Assembly: GCA_903944345.1 (NCBI GenBank)
Contig: CAJARJ010000009.1
Location: forward strand, 65,875-129,874
Reading direction: 5' to 3'
Origin: Candidatus Omnitrophota bacterium
Lineage (GTDB): Bacteria > Omnitrophota > Gorgyraeia > Zapsychrales > Fredricksoniimonadaceae
DNA: 64,000 nucleotides
Shown: in pieces, positions 19,308 through 29,271 of the stretch
Numbering within the stretch: the first letter of the stretch is position 1
Layout of the letters: each line of letters starts with the position of its first letter
Made by a program: the position numbers and the translations under genes
The notes under the pieces: model-generated
Databases searched by the model: none
Seen by the model: the letters and a program-made list of their open reading frames with translations, nothing else
What the model was told of the DNA's origin: nothing

Positions 19308-21221
19308 TTATTTATCATCCTTAACAACAAAATCCGCATCAATGACACCTTCATGCCTGCTGGCAGCCGCACTCGCAGAGCTATCCTTATAATTATTTTG
19401 CGTCTTAGCATCCGAATCCATCTTCATTGCGTCTTCTTCAACTGGATCCTTCTGAGACCTGGTGGATTTATACATCCCTTCGGCTAACGAGTGAGTTAAT
19501 TTGCTCAGAGACTCCATACAGGACTTGATGCGGTCAGACGCCTTATCTTTCACTGCCTGTTTGAGTGACTCCAACGCCTTGAATATGTTATCCCGATCAG
19601 ACGCCAAGACCTTCTCGCCATAATCCTTGAGCGCTTTTTCGGTTGAATACACCAGCGCATTGGCCTGATTAACAGCCTCTGCCTCCTCCTTGTGTTTCCG
19701 ATCCGCCTCAGCAAACTTCTCGGCCTCTTTTACCATCTTCTGAATTTCCTGCTCGGAAAGCTTTTTAGGAGATAAAATCCTGATTGACTGCTCCTTACCC
19801 GTGGCCTTGTCTTTGGCCCCCACATGTACGATCCCGTTAACATCGATATCAAAAATCACCTCAATTTGCGGAACTCCACGCGGCGCGGGCGGTATTCCTA
19901 CAAGATCAAACTTGCCCAATTCGGTGTTATCATTGGCCATCGGCCGTTCTCCCTGAAGAACGCGTATCGTTACCGCAGGCTGATTGTCATCAGCTGTCGA
20001 AAATATATTGGTCATTTTGGTGGGAATTGTCGTATTACGGTCAATCATTTTAGTCATGACCCCCCCCATCGTCTCAATGCCAAGGGTCAGTGGAGTTACG
20101 TCAAGAAGAAGAACATCCTTAACCTCTCCCTTGATAATTCCAGCCTGAACAGCCGCACCCAGAGCCACGCATTCCATCGGATCAATCCCGCGTTCAATCT
20201 TCTGCCCGGCTTCTGCCTCGACAAACGCCTGCACAATCGGCATTCTGGTCGGGCCGCCAACCATGATAATTTTGTCAATCTTGATTTGTCCCCCAACTTT
20301 GGCTGACGCATCCTTCAGCGCCTGGCGGATTGGATTCCGACATCTTTCGATAATCGGACCCAGAAGACTTTCCAGTTTTGCGCGATCCAGAGTCTGGATC
20401 ATATGTTTGGGCCCTGAAGCATCCGCCGTGATAAATGGCAAATTAATCTGGGTTTGAACAGTGGATGAAAGCTCTACCTTTGCTTTTTCCGCTGCTTCAC
20501 GCAAGCGCTGAAACGCCATTTTGTCCGCTGAAATATCGATACCTGTCTCATTCTTAAACTCACTGACAACATGTCCAATCAGAATATTGTCCATATCCGT
20601 GCCACCCAGCAAATTATCTCCGCTTGTGGCCAGAACCTCAAACGTTCCGCCTTCTCCCATATCAAGAACAGTCACATCCAGCGTGCCTCCACCAAGATCA
20701 AAAACCATGATCTTCTGTTCTTTACCCACACGGTCAATCCCGTAAGCCAGACAGGCAGCTGTTGGCTCGTTGATTATTCGTAACACTTTTAACCCGGCAA
20801 TCTCACCTGCGTCTTTGGTTGCCTGACGCTGGTTATCATTAAAATAGGCCGGAACCGTAATGACCACACTCTCGACAGTATCTCCAAGATATTTCTCAGC
20901 ATCCGCCTTGATCTTCTGCAAAAGGAAGGCCGAAATCTGCTGAGGCGTATATTCTTTACCAAAAATATTAAATTTGTGATCAGTTCCCATCTTGCGTTTG
21001 GCTGCGTAAACCGTGCCTTGCGGATTGATAGCTGCCTGCCGGTGCGCAGGTTCTCCTACCAACCGCTGGCCATCTTTGGTAAACGCAACAAAAGAAGGAA
21101 ACGCCTTGCCTGAGGCGACGCCTGCGCCTTCTGCAGACGGGATAATAACCGGCCGACCGCCTTCCATGACAGCCGCAGCTGAATTGGATGTACCCAAATC
21201 AATTCCTATAAATCGTGGCAT
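19308..21221 (-). CDS. dnaK: Hsp70 chaperone DnaK (short, archaeal-like form)
   Basis: [43 protein letters not shown]-terminal VIDADF. Confidence 0.97.
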   Translation of the reverse strand: MPRFIGIDLGTSNSAAAVMEGGRPVIIPSAEGAGVASGKAFPSFVAFTKDGQRLVGEPAHRQAAINPQGTVYAAKRKMGTDHKFNIFGKEYTPQQISAFLLQKIKADAEKYLGDTVESVVITVPAYFNDNQRQATKDAGEIAGLKVLRIINEPTAACLAYGIDRVGKEQKIMVFDLGGGTLDVTVLDMGEGGTFEVLATSGDNLLGGTDMDNILIGHVVSEFKNETGIDISADKMAFQRLREAAEKAKVELSSTVQTQINLPFITADASGPKHMIQTLDRAKLESLLGPIIERCRNPIRQALKDASAKVGGQIKIDKIIMVGGPTRMPIVQAFVEAEAGQKIERGIDPMECVALGAAVQAGIIKGEVKDVLLLDVTPLTLGIETMGGVMTKMIDRNTTIPTKMTNIFSTADDNQPAVTIRVLQGERPMANDNTELGKFDLVGIPPAPRGVPQIEVIFDIDVNGIVHVGAKDKATGKEQSIRILSPKKLSEQEIQKMVKEAEKFAEADRKHKEEAEAVNQANALVYSTEKALKDYGEKVLASDRDNIFKALESLKQAVKDKASDRIKSCMESLSKLTHSLAEGMYKSTRSQKDPVEEDAMKMDSDAKTQNNYKDSSASAAASRHEGVIDADFVVKDDK

Positions 21222-21302
21222 TAATAGCTCCTTTAAATTTTACTGGAAATAACCCAGATTTATTGCCTCGAATCAAAGCAAATGCAGCTGCACAACCTAC
21301 AG

Positions 21303-21956
21303 CTATTTTGTAGTGGTCACAGTTGTTGTGGTTGTCCTTGTTAGCCTTGGCGCGTACAGGGTTAACGCCTGAGCCAGCCGTTTCCCGTCTTTAACAACAT
21401 ATTCGACCCTCACCATATCGCCCGGCTTGATTCTTAACTGGACAGGCTCCAGCCCGGGACTCTGTCTGACCACAATCTTCCCCGGCTCAAAAACAAAAAA
21501 GGAGAAATTATCCCCTGCTTTTTCAAGGGCTGATGACCTGACAGCCAGAGTCAACGTTCCGGCGTCATTGATGTCCACAACTTCACCATAAGTATTCTGA
21601 TAGACCGACAAAGACTGGGGATCAACTGTAATCTTCTCTACAAACATCTCCTTGCGACCATTGATCATATCAATTGTGACATGTTGGCCAGGTTGTAAAT
21701 CCAGAACAGAGAGCAGTTTGTTGTCAGCAGGATCAGTGACCCGGGTTTCATGCTCGCTAACTCTGTACTCGGTTACTGCCCCTGTCCTTGGCGACGCATC
21801 GGCTTCAAGTTGCAGCTTGCCAGACCTGGTGTCCAGCCAAGTGATTTCACCCGATATGCGTTGCATCTCTTGCGCATTTGAAGCACGAGTAAAGATGCCA
21901 ACTAAAAGAACCGCAAACGTGAGCACAACAATCCTTCTGAAATATTTACAACTCAT
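21303..21956 (-). CDS. Hypothetical exported protein with two OB-fold-like (DUF5666-like) repeats
   Basis: Signal peptide; DLQPGQHVTI and IKPGDMVRV repeats; Thr-rich tail. Confidence 0.55.
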   Translation of the reverse strand: MSCKYFRRIVVLTFAVLLVGIFTRASNAQEMQRISGEITWLDTRSGKLQLEADASPRTGAVTEYRVSEHETRVTDPADNKLLSVLDLQPGQHVTIDMINGRKEMFVEKITVDPQSLSVYQNTYGEVVDINDAGTLTLAVRSSALEKAGDNFSFFVFEPGKIVVRQSPGLEPVQLRIKPGDMVRVEYVVKDGKRLAQALTLYAPRLTRTTTTTVTTTK

Positions 21957-21990
21957 AATATGAATTCCTTTCAAATTTTAGACATGTCTC

Positions 21991-22458
21991 TCAACGAATC
22001 AGCGACAAACGTCTGTTCTGGACTTCAGGTAGAACGCTTGCCAGCTGTGCCGGAATATCAGCGTTTAATTCTAATTTGACGACTCTCATGCGCGCCTGCC
22101 CCTGACTTATATCGTAGCCAGTCTGTTCCATGACTATTTTTTCGATATCTTCCAGGCTGGTATTTCCTGGATCAAATTTGACCTCCTGAATGTTCTTTAC
22201 ATCCAGCGAACTACTGGCTGTACCAGGCAAATAAATTGTACCGTTACTAAAATCAACAATATAGGCAATAACGCCAGGAATTATAAAGAACAAAAGCCCT
22301 ACTCCATCCAGAACTGCGACTCCGGCATCAATACGTCCGGATTTCTGTCCCCGGCGTTCAGGATATAGAAGAGTTCCGCACCCGGAAGATACAAAAATAA
22401 ACACCGAGCAAAACAATACATATAAAGTTTTGGTGGAAATCTGACTGATGCCTGTCAT
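21991..22458 (-). CDS. Conserved hypothetical lipoprotein
   Basis: Lipobox SSGC followed by GTLLYPERRGQ...FFIIPGVIAY.VDF; RBS AAGGAG. Confidence 0.7.
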   Translation of the reverse strand: MTGISQISTKTLYVLFCSVFIFVSSGCGTLLYPERRGQKSGRIDAGVAVLDGVGLLFFIIPGVIAYIVDFSNGTIYLPGTASSSLDVKNIQEVKFDPGNTSLEDIEKIVMEQTGYDISQGQARMRVVKLELNADIPAQLASVLPEVQNRRLSLIR

Positions 22459-22531
22459 ATTCTGTCTCCTTTTTTAGTCATATCTTTTAAACGACGCGCA
22501 TCCAGCTTCTTTGGCGTTTACCCCTAAAGGG

Positions 22532-22575
22532 ATACTACGCTCATTGAAAAACGATTCAATTGTACCGAGGTATAC
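22532..22575 (-). promoter_or_regulatory. Palindromic box (copy 2) plus promoter upstream of the lipoprotein-dnaK gene run
   Basis: ttgtacc-ga-ggtatac at 22560-22575, then TTGAAT-N16-TAGTAT on minus strand. Confidence 0.75.
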
Positions 22576-22693
22576 ACCCCATCCGATCGCTCAGGCAGAG
22601 TTCGCACGCTTCCCCGCTCGCAAAATCGCCTGGTGGCAGATATTCTGACAATATTGATGTGCTTAAGGCCGGGATTTTGCAGCAGTTGGCAAT

Positions 22694-23320
22694 CTAGGGG
22701 TGATTCTCAAGCCTTGCCAGCGCTTCGGCAATTTCAAAGCTCAATAATGCAAAGGCTTTACTTAGGGCCTGAGTCAGACCCGGGTAATCATGCGGAATGA
22801 TCGGCTGCCTGAACTCCGAGCTTTTTATAAGAACAGTTTCTGAGCTTTGCACCTTGATGAGCTGCCACTGCACTACAAGGATCAGGTCTTTTTCCAGTTC
22901 GCTATCCAGTTGAACGATATTTAGCAGCACCTGGTATTTAACCGGCATCGACTGATTCCATGGATAGGCAGCTAATTCTGCCATAGGAAAGACAAGTGAA
23001 AGATTCTCCCTGATCAATCGCTCCAGACCACGATCAAGCGACTCTCCCCAGCGATCTAATTGGGAAAATTTAAGCATTCCATCCTGGTCTTGAGTTACGA
23101 TCTGAGGACGATCCTGATACTCCGGTATTTTTACCGGACCAATGCCGATCACTACGCTAACAGGCATATTTATTAACTTGCTGACTGAATCCCGGCTAGT
23201 GGCCTGTAGTTTATAAAAACGGGGTGTCGGACTGCTGGAAACAGATATGCACCCGCTAAGTAGCAAGGCCAAACATATCCCGTTTATAATCCTAAAGGGA
23301 TGTGTCCTGATCAGTCTCAT
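22694..23320 (-). CDS. pqiC: PqiC-family ABC transport auxiliary lipoprotein
   Basis: Lipobox LSGC; GPVKIPEYQDRPQIV, RWGESL. Confidence 0.8.
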   Translation of the reverse strand: MRLIRTHPFRIINGICLALLLSGCISVSSSPTPRFYKLQATSRDSVSKLINMPVSVVIGIGPVKIPEYQDRPQIVTQDQDGMLKFSQLDRWGESLDRGLERLIRENLSLVFPMAELAAYPWNQSMPVKYQVLLNIVQLDSELEKDLILVVQWQLIKVQSSETVLIKSSEFRQPIIPHDYPGLTQALSKAFALLSFEIAEALARLENHP

Positions 23321-23321
23321 C

Positions 23322-24038
23322 TTATTCTCCTTTAGGCAACGCTTTGCCTTTCAAAATCGCTTCCGGATGCTGCTCAAGATATTCAGTCAGAAAACGTAAA
23401 GAACGCATGGACTGTTTTGTCTCCCTGATCATATCCCTGAGGTCATAGAGACTCCCGTGCAAATCACTCGAATTGACCAGTTTGTCCACTCCCCTGGTCG
23501 TTGCCTCGAGATTCTTTGCAATTTCCTTGATCGGTAATTCATTCATAAGATCAAAAATATCCAGAGGCGTAGGAAGCGTGGGCAACTCGGGGTACTCTTT
23601 GAGAATGCCTCGCAATTTTGCCGGCGTATCAGGATACAAATCAAATGAGATCAAAAGCTGTCCAGTCAGGAAACTCTGGACTTCAAGTTGTCCTCGCAGC
23701 CCCAGCGCAATCAGTTTTCTGTCTCCATCCTGTTCGCCGAAACCCGGAGTACCCTTTATACGGCCCTGTTCAATCTCCACAATGACCGGGAGCATCACAG
23801 TCCCGGCCTTCGAGTCATAAATAAGACTGATCTCTTTCACAACCCCAATGCTGACACCGCGAAACATGACCGGCGCTCCAATATCCAGACCTTTCACCGA
23901 ACCATCAAAATACAGGACAAATTTATTCGTACGCCTGAATATTTGCCCGGAACCAAAAGCCACAATAGCTATCAATAAGAACAGAATAGCCACAACCACA
24001 AACAGACCGATTAAGGTTTTATTCGCTGTTTTATTCAT
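23322..24038 (-). CDS. mlaD: MCE/MlaD family protein
   Basis: IGLFV TM anchor; SVKGLDIGAPVMFRGVSIG; YLEQHPEAILKG. Confidence 0.85.
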   Translation of the reverse strand: MNKTANKTLIGLFVVVAILFLLIAIVAFGSGQIFRRTNKFVLYFDGSVKGLDIGAPVMFRGVSIGVVKEISLIYDSKAGTVMLPVIVEIEQGRIKGTPGFGEQDGDRKLIALGLRGQLEVQSFLTGQLLISFDLYPDTPAKLRGILKEYPELPTLPTPLDIFDLMNELPIKEIAKNLEATTRGVDKLVNSSDLHGSLYDLRDMIRETKQSMRSLRFLTEYLEQHPEAILKGKALPKGE

Positions 24039-24811
24039 GGTTCTGACTCCTTTGATTCCACCCCTCTTGTCAGAAAACGAACAACCCTGGAATCCGTACT
24101 ATTAGCCAATAAAAACCTCGGATCTCCGGTCGCGATAATTGTTTTACTCTCCGCATCCAGAAATGCGCCATTATTTCCGATTGCAAAAATACTGGCAAGT
24201 TCGTGCGTGATCACAACCACAGTAGCTCCCAAACCGTCTCTCAACTCAAGAATAAGATCATCAAACTTTCGGGCATTGACAGGATCCAGTCCGGCTGACG
24301 GCTCATCAAGAAAAATAATCTGCGGATCAAGCGCTATGGCTCGCGCCAGACTGGCTCTTTTGCGCATCCCTCCGCTTATTCCTGAAGGAAACAAGTCTTC
24401 CTGTCCACTCAAGCCTACCAGCGCCAGCTTAAAGGCAACAAGCTCACGAATCTGGGAAAAGGACAAGCTTGTAAACAATTGCAACGGCAAGGCAACATTC
24501 TCGCCGATCGTCATGGAACTCCACAAGGCTCCGCTTTGATAAAGAATCCCGAAACGGCACAGAATATTCTGCCGACCGCTTTCATCTTCATCCCAGAAAC
24601 TCCTGGCGTAGTACAGGACTTTACCCTTTATCGGAGATTTAAGGCCAATCAAGCTCTTGAGCAAAGTGCTTTTACCGCAACCGCTGACTCCCATAACGAT
24701 AAATATATCGCCTTTATTGACAGTAAAATTTACAGCCCGCAGCACAATATGCTCGTCGTACCCCAAATCAACATCCATAACTTGTATAACGGGCTGTTTT
24801 GCTGGTTCCAT
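24035..24811 (-). CDS. mlaF: MlaF-type ABC transporter ATP-binding protein
   Basis: GVSGCGKS, ISGGMRKRASLARA, LDEPSAGLDP. Confidence 0.9.
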   Translation of the reverse strand: MEPAKQPVIQVMDVDLGYDEHIVLRAVNFTVNKGDIFIVMGVSGCGKSTLLKSLIGLKSPIKGKVLYYARSFWDEDESGRQNILCRFGILYQSGALWSSMTIGENVALPLQLFTSLSFSQIRELVAFKLALVGLSGQEDLFPSGISGGMRKRASLARAIALDPQIIFLDEPSAGLDPVNARKFDDLILELRDGLGATVVVITHELASIFAIGNNGAFLDAESKTIIATGDPRFLLANSTDSRVVRFLTRGVESKESEP

Positions 24812-24815
24812 AAGC

Positions 24816-25943
24816 TTATATCCCCAGTGTCTGGCAGATAAACGTGATGACCGCTGTCGCAATGACAATGCCGGTTATCCCGGTAACGACTGCCGACATT
24901 GTTGCACTTGCAACGCCAACCGAGCTTCTTTCACATTTCATCCCGTGCCAGCATCCCGAGACAGCGATGATAACGGCAAACGCCAGAGAATGCACAAGTC
25001 CGATCCATATATAGCTGACCTTGACCGCCTGTTGGGTATGATTCAGATATTCCGCAAAATTAAGATGCAACATTCCGATACTGATAACCAAACCTCCCAG
25101 CACTCCCGAAATATCTGCGTATATGGTCAAAATCGGCATCATCAAAAATAATGCCAGAACCCGCGGAATGACCAGAAACTCGACCGGAGAAACACCCAAT
25201 GTTCTAAGCGCATCAATTTCTTCATTGGTTTGCATCATCCCCAGTTCAGCGGCAAATGATGCTCCAATACGGCCGGAAACAATTATTCCGGTCATCACAG
25301 CCGACAACACCCGTACCATGGCAATGCCCACGATATCGGAAATATAAATCTGCGCTCCGAACATCCTGAGCTGTATCGATGCTACAAAAGCGAGGATCAT
25401 GCCAACCAGAAAGCCTATTAAAGAAACAAGCAGAAAAGTGTCAATGCCACAGCGCCGGACCAAAAATATGAAGTCATCCCGACGAAAGTACAACTTTCCT
25501 ATCACAAGACGGCCAAAAGAAACAACAACATCTCCCAGAAATTCAAACCCGTTACGCACACTTTCATATTCCTGCAGCAACCCTACTCCCACCCGTTCAA
25601 GAAATGTCTCATGATTCTTCGCAGGCGCAATACCGCCTTTATGAGCCTTTGAGGCCAGCGCAAGCAGTCTCTGCGCAGTCTCTGGCAAGCCCGAGCGATC
25701 AACGGGAATATTCATGGATTCGCACTTACGAATCAGCTGATGTAAAAACGAGACGAGCCCGCTATCCCACTTCAAGTCCTGCGCAGCAGTAAGATTTATT
25801 TGCACAATATCAGGATGGCTGGCGAGGCAGGAGGTGACTGTATTTATTGAAAGAATGCCGGTCGCGATGCGCCAATCACCGCGCAACTTAACAAACAACT
25901 TGCCTGGATTTAAATAATCGAAAACAAGTTTCTCGGATATCAT
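24816..25943 (-). CDS. mlaE: MlaE-type ABC permease with N-terminal STAS domain
   Basis: WDSG STAS-like motif; GRIGASFAAELG, EEIDALRTLG, PRVLAL. Confidence 0.9.
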   Translation of the reverse strand: MISEKLVFDYLNPGKLFVKLRGDWRIATGILSINTVTSCLASHPDIVQINLTAAQDLKWDSGLVSFLHQLIRKCESMNIPVDRSGLPETAQRLLALASKAHKGGIAPAKNHETFLERVGVGLLQEYESVRNGFEFLGDVVVSFGRLVIGKLYFRRDDFIFLVRRCGIDTFLLVSLIGFLVGMILAFVASIQLRMFGAQIYISDIVGIAMVRVLSAVMTGIIVSGRIGASFAAELGMMQTNEEIDALRTLGVSPVEFLVIPRVLALFLMMPILTIYADISGVLGGLVISIGMLHLNFAEYLNHTQQAVKVSYIWIGLVHSLAFAVIIAVSGCWHGMKCERSSVGVASATMSAVVTGITGIVIATAVITFICQTLGI

Positions 25944-25949
25944 GCCGTC

Positions 25950-25994
25950 ATTCTAAAGACAGCGCAAGAAACAGACAATTGTACCTGGGTACAA
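25950..25994 (-). promoter_or_regulatory. Perfect palindromic box (copy 3) plus leaderless promoter of mlaE
   Basis: TTGTACC-TG-GGTACAA at 25979-25994, then TTGTCT-N17-TAGAAT-N6-ATG. Confidence 0.8.
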
Positions 25995-26015
25995 CACAGC
26001 AAAAAGCAGGCAGTG

Positions 26016-26636
26016 TCAGGAGGAAACAATACCTGCTTGCCGGGCGAAAGAAATAAGCTCGGTTATGGTCTTGGCGTGCATCTTGCGCATGACTCGGCTT
26101 CGATGTACTTTGATCGTCTGAAGGGCTGTCCCGCGTCTGGACGCAATCTGCTTGTTCAACATCCCCCGGGCAACAAAGTGGAAAACTTCCAGCTCTCTGG
26201 GACTGAGTGTTTTAATTCGCGAACTAATCTTTTCTTTTTCGACGCTGGTTTCGTTCTGGTTCCTGCTTCTGGCCAATGCACGTTCCACCGCATCCAACAG
26301 GTCTTTTTCAGAGAAAGGTTTGGTAAGAAAATCAACGGCCCCTTTTTTCATGGCCTTGACACCCATGGGAATGCTCCCATGCCCGGTGATAAAGATAATC
26401 GGGATATCAAGATGCTCTGCCGCCATAGTTTCCTGAAGAATCGGTCCGCTGATGTCCGGAAGACGGACATCCAGAAGCAGGCATGACGGAAGCCGGGGGT
26501 GCTTGCAAGCCATAAACTCTGTTGCGCAGGAGAAGGTTTCCGCTTTGAATCCGTTGGCCATTAACAATAACGCTAATGACTTGCGAACCGAAGCATCGTC
26601 GTCAACAACATAAATAACGGACTGGCATCTGTGCAT
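26016..26636 (-). CDS. FixJ/NodW/StyR-family response regulator (REC + LuxR HTH)
   Basis: VVDDD, LLDVRLP, FITGHG, FLTKP; LSPRELEV...NKQIA...TIKVHRSRVMRKM. Confidence 0.92.
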   Translation of the reverse strand: MHRCQSVIYVVDDDASVRKSLALLLMANGFKAETFSCATEFMACKHPRLPSCLLLDVRLPDISGPILQETMAAEHLDIPIIFITGHGSIPMGVKAMKKGAVDFLTKPFSEKDLLDAVERALARSRNQNETSVEKEKISSRIKTLSPRELEVFHFVARGMLNKQIASRRGTALQTIKVHRSRVMRKMHAKTITELISFARQAGIVSS

Positions 26637-26858
26637 AGGCTATCTTTTCTGCAGATATTTAAAAATAAAAGAGCGAGCCAATAAGGCCCCCCACCTCAGA
26701 AAGAATTATACTCTCTGTCGTCATCAAACACCAACAATAAAGAGCTCCCACTCCCGCCAAGAACGGGCTGAGCCCCTTGATATGTCAATTCATTCGAGCA
26801 AGTAAGCGGCATATGGAAACATTATCAGAAATATTAATGCTAGCGTCACGATTACTCA

Positions 26859-28118
26859 TCATAAATCCTTTCCGGAAACAGGAAGGGTAAAATAAAATGT
26901 CGCCCCGGGACCAGAATTGTTCCTGGCATCCAGGAGGCCTCCGTGCGCCTCTACTATAGAGCGACTGATCGACAATCCCATGCCCAAACCATCGAGCTTG
27001 CTCGTAAAAAAATGGCTGAACAATTTACTCAGGCTTTCCTCGGGAATACCACAGCCCGAATCCGTGACCTCAACCATGATCGAATTGGCATCCTGGAGAA
27101 AAGTTCGGAGAGTTAATTGCCTGGAATCACTGCGCTCATCCATGGCTTCCAGACTGTTGCTGATAAGATTCAGGATGACCTGCTGCAACTGGATACGATC
27201 ACCTTCTGTTAAAGGAATATCCTCTGCCAGATTAAAAACAAGGACTTTATTTCTTGCCGTAATATGCGGCATAATCAGCAGCACCGTGTCCCTGATAAGA
27301 ATATTGATATCAAGAGGCTCCAGTGATGGCTTGGTCTTTTTTAACAAAGTCCGCAACCGCCGAATAACCTCACAAGCCCGCTGGTCATCACTAATAATAA
27401 ACTGCAAAATTTCATGCAATTGAGGCTCTCTGTCTACAAGTAAACGCTGACCTGCCTGAGCATATGAGAGAATGGCTGTAAGCGGCTGACTGATCTCATG
27501 CGCCAGCGATGAAACGAATTCCGCCAGCTTGCCGACTCTTGTCACATGCAAAAGCTCCTCGCGCTGTTCCGCAATCTCCATATCCCGCTGCTTTATCAAT
27601 GTCGTATCAGTTTTGATCCCTACATAGTGAGTGACAATCCCGTTTTCATCCCGCACAGGAGAAATGCGCAGAAAACACCAGAATTTCTCACCATTCTTCT
27701 TAAAACTGAGCATTTCTCCATAAAAGATTTTTCCTTGCTCCAGTGTCTTTCTGATCTCGTGAGAAACGCGCTGATCAAAATCAGGCCCATAGAGAAGAAA
27801 ATAGTCTTTGCCTATAATGTCACCCTTCATATAACCCGTTATTTTATAAAATGAAGGATTGGCATAAACAACGAGAAATGCCTGATTTCTGGCTTCAATA
27901 ATAAAAATTCCATCAGCTGCGGCTTCCATGGCTTTGGTTCGGATATGGATTTGTTCTTCTGCAATCTTCTCTCGATCCGCCCCCAGCTGAAGCTGCCCTT
28001 GCTTGACATTCAACTCATCCGTTTTCTGGCGAACTTGATCTTCAAGACTTTGACGGGTTATTTTGTTTAATAAAGATTTTTTGCCCGGTTTAACTTTACC
28101 AACAGATTTCTTTATCAT
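26859..28118 (-). CDS. Cytoplasmic PAS sensor histidine kinase (FixL/NodV-like)
   Basis: PAS/PAC domain; AHEISQPL H-box; QVILNLISN, DSGCG, GLGMGLSIS; no TM segment. Confidence 0.92.
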   Translation of the reverse strand: MIKKSVGKVKPGKKSLLNKITRQSLEDQVRQKTDELNVKQGQLQLGADREKIAEEQIHIRTKAMEAAADGIFIIEARNQAFLVVYANPSFYKITGYMKGDIIGKDYFLLYGPDFDQRVSHEIRKTLEQGKIFYGEMLSFKKNGEKFWCFLRISPVRDENGIVTHYVGIKTDTTLIKQRDMEIAEQREELLHVTRVGKLAEFVSSLAHEISQPLTAILSYAQAGQRLLVDREPQLHEILQFIISDDQRACEVIRRLRTLLKKTKPSLEPLDINILIRDTVLLIMPHITARNKVLVFNLAEDIPLTEGDRIQLQQVILNLISNSLEAMDERSDSRQLTLRTFLQDANSIMVEVTDSGCGIPEESLSKLFSHFFTSKLDGLGMGLSISRSIVEAHGGLLDARNNSGPGATFYFTLPVSGKDL

Positions 28119-28498
28119 TCAAGCACCGCCTGGCTAATCCCTGGCAAGCCGTCAATGAGGTCAACCAGAGTCTGCCCATCCACCGGTTTCTGCAAAAAAC
28201 CAACAGCGCCAACTTCCAAAGCACGGGCGACTCCGTCAGCCTGTCTCACGGCTGAAATAAAGATAACCGGACGTCCTGACCCGGAGGCCAGAATAATTTT
28301 CTGAGTTGCCCAACCATCCAATCCGGGCATATTAACATCAAGTAGTAAACAACCTGGAGTATCCGCTGAAACAGTGTCAAAGAAATTTCTGGAAGAATTA
28401 AAAGTTTCAACCTGGAAATCAAAAGTCCCTAACAGGATCTTGAGAGCGCGGCAGACCGATTCGTCATCATCAACAACATAGACTTTCTTCATTTCCAT
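28115..28498 (-). CDS. Single-domain response regulator
   Basis: VVDDD, LLDVNMPG, FLQKP. Confidence 0.9.
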   Translation of the reverse strand: MEMKKVYVVDDDESVCRALKILLGTFDFQVETFNSSRNFFDTVSADTPGCLLLDVNMPGLDGWATQKIILASGSGRPVIFISAVRQADGVARALEVGAVGFLQKPVDGQTLVDLIDGLPGISQAVLE

Positions 28499-28647
28499 AA
28501 GTTTACAATTACGCTCCCTGCCGATATATTTATAAATACAATCCCTTCAAATCAAAGATGGAAACAACTGAAGTCGCTTGAATTGATCCCGTCCATGAGT
28601 ATACACCCTTAAGATTCCAAAATTTCACAACATTTGTTAAGCGTCCA

Positions 28648-29064
28648 TTACAAGCAACGACTCCCGGAAAGTTCCAGCTTACCGCATGGATGACTTGACA
28701 CAATTTCGCTCTCTATGGCCCAGATTATATCCAGAGGCTGAAAGGGCTTCCTAAGCAACTTTCTAATACCGCACAAATTCATTAGCCCAAGGAACTCGTC
28801 TTTCAAGAACTCTGACATCGCAATAATCGGGATTCTCCTTGCTTCAAAAACACGATTAAGGGTAGCAGTCAATTCAAAGCCGTTTCCGCGTTTCATTTGT
28901 AATTCCATTAAAACAACATCCGGTTTATGCTGCATGACTACATCATCAGCCGACAACGGATCCATAACCAGTATAGGTGCATACCCACCCATCAACAAAA
29001 TATCTTCAATTTCGAAGATAAATTTCTTGTCCTCACCGATAACCGCTATCTTATTATTCTGCAT
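28648..29064 (-). CDS. Atypical (pseudo-)receiver domain protein
   Basis: REC pattern (KPDVVLMEL, NGFEL, IPIIAMS, LRKPF) with phospho-Asp replaced by Glu. Confidence 0.75.
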   Translation of the reverse strand: MQNNKIAVIGEDKKFIFEIEDILLMGGYAPILVMDPLSADDVVMQHKPDVVLMELQMKRGNGFELTATLNRVFEARRIPIIAMSEFLKDEFLGLMNLCGIRKLLRKPFQPLDIIWAIESEIVSSHPCGKLELSGSRCL

Positions 29065-29141
29065 AATTCGCCTTCATTTTTGTTGGCTTTTCGTTGGTTG
29101 GCTGGCATTGAACCACCCTCTTCCGGCAACTTGCTGCCGCT

Positions 29142-29185
29142 ATTCTAACGAAATAGAAAATTGAATCAATTGTACCGAGGTATAA
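29142..29185 (-). promoter_or_regulatory. Palindromic box (copy 4) plus promoter upstream of the receiver/kinase genes
   Basis: ttgtacc-ga-ggtataa at 29170-29185, then TTGATT-N16-TAGAAT on minus strand. Confidence 0.75.
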
Positions 29186-29220
29186 CAGAAGCGTTTGAGG
29201 GGGGTTTTTGACTTCCAAAG

Positions 29221-29255
29221 AAAAATCCTCTGAACAGCTGTTGCCATTCAGAGGA
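29221..29255 (-). terminator. Intrinsic terminator downstream of tRNA-Ser(GGA)
   Basis: TCCTCTGAA-N12-TTCAGAGGA followed by a T-run on minus strand. Confidence 0.6.
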
Positions 29256-29271
29256 CTTTCTAATCTTTATT

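Noticed and set aside
28589-28604. Possible fifth palindromic box (ccgtcca-tg-agtatac)
   Set aside because: Only one half-site resembles the consensus and the CAATTG/-35/-10 arrangement is missing
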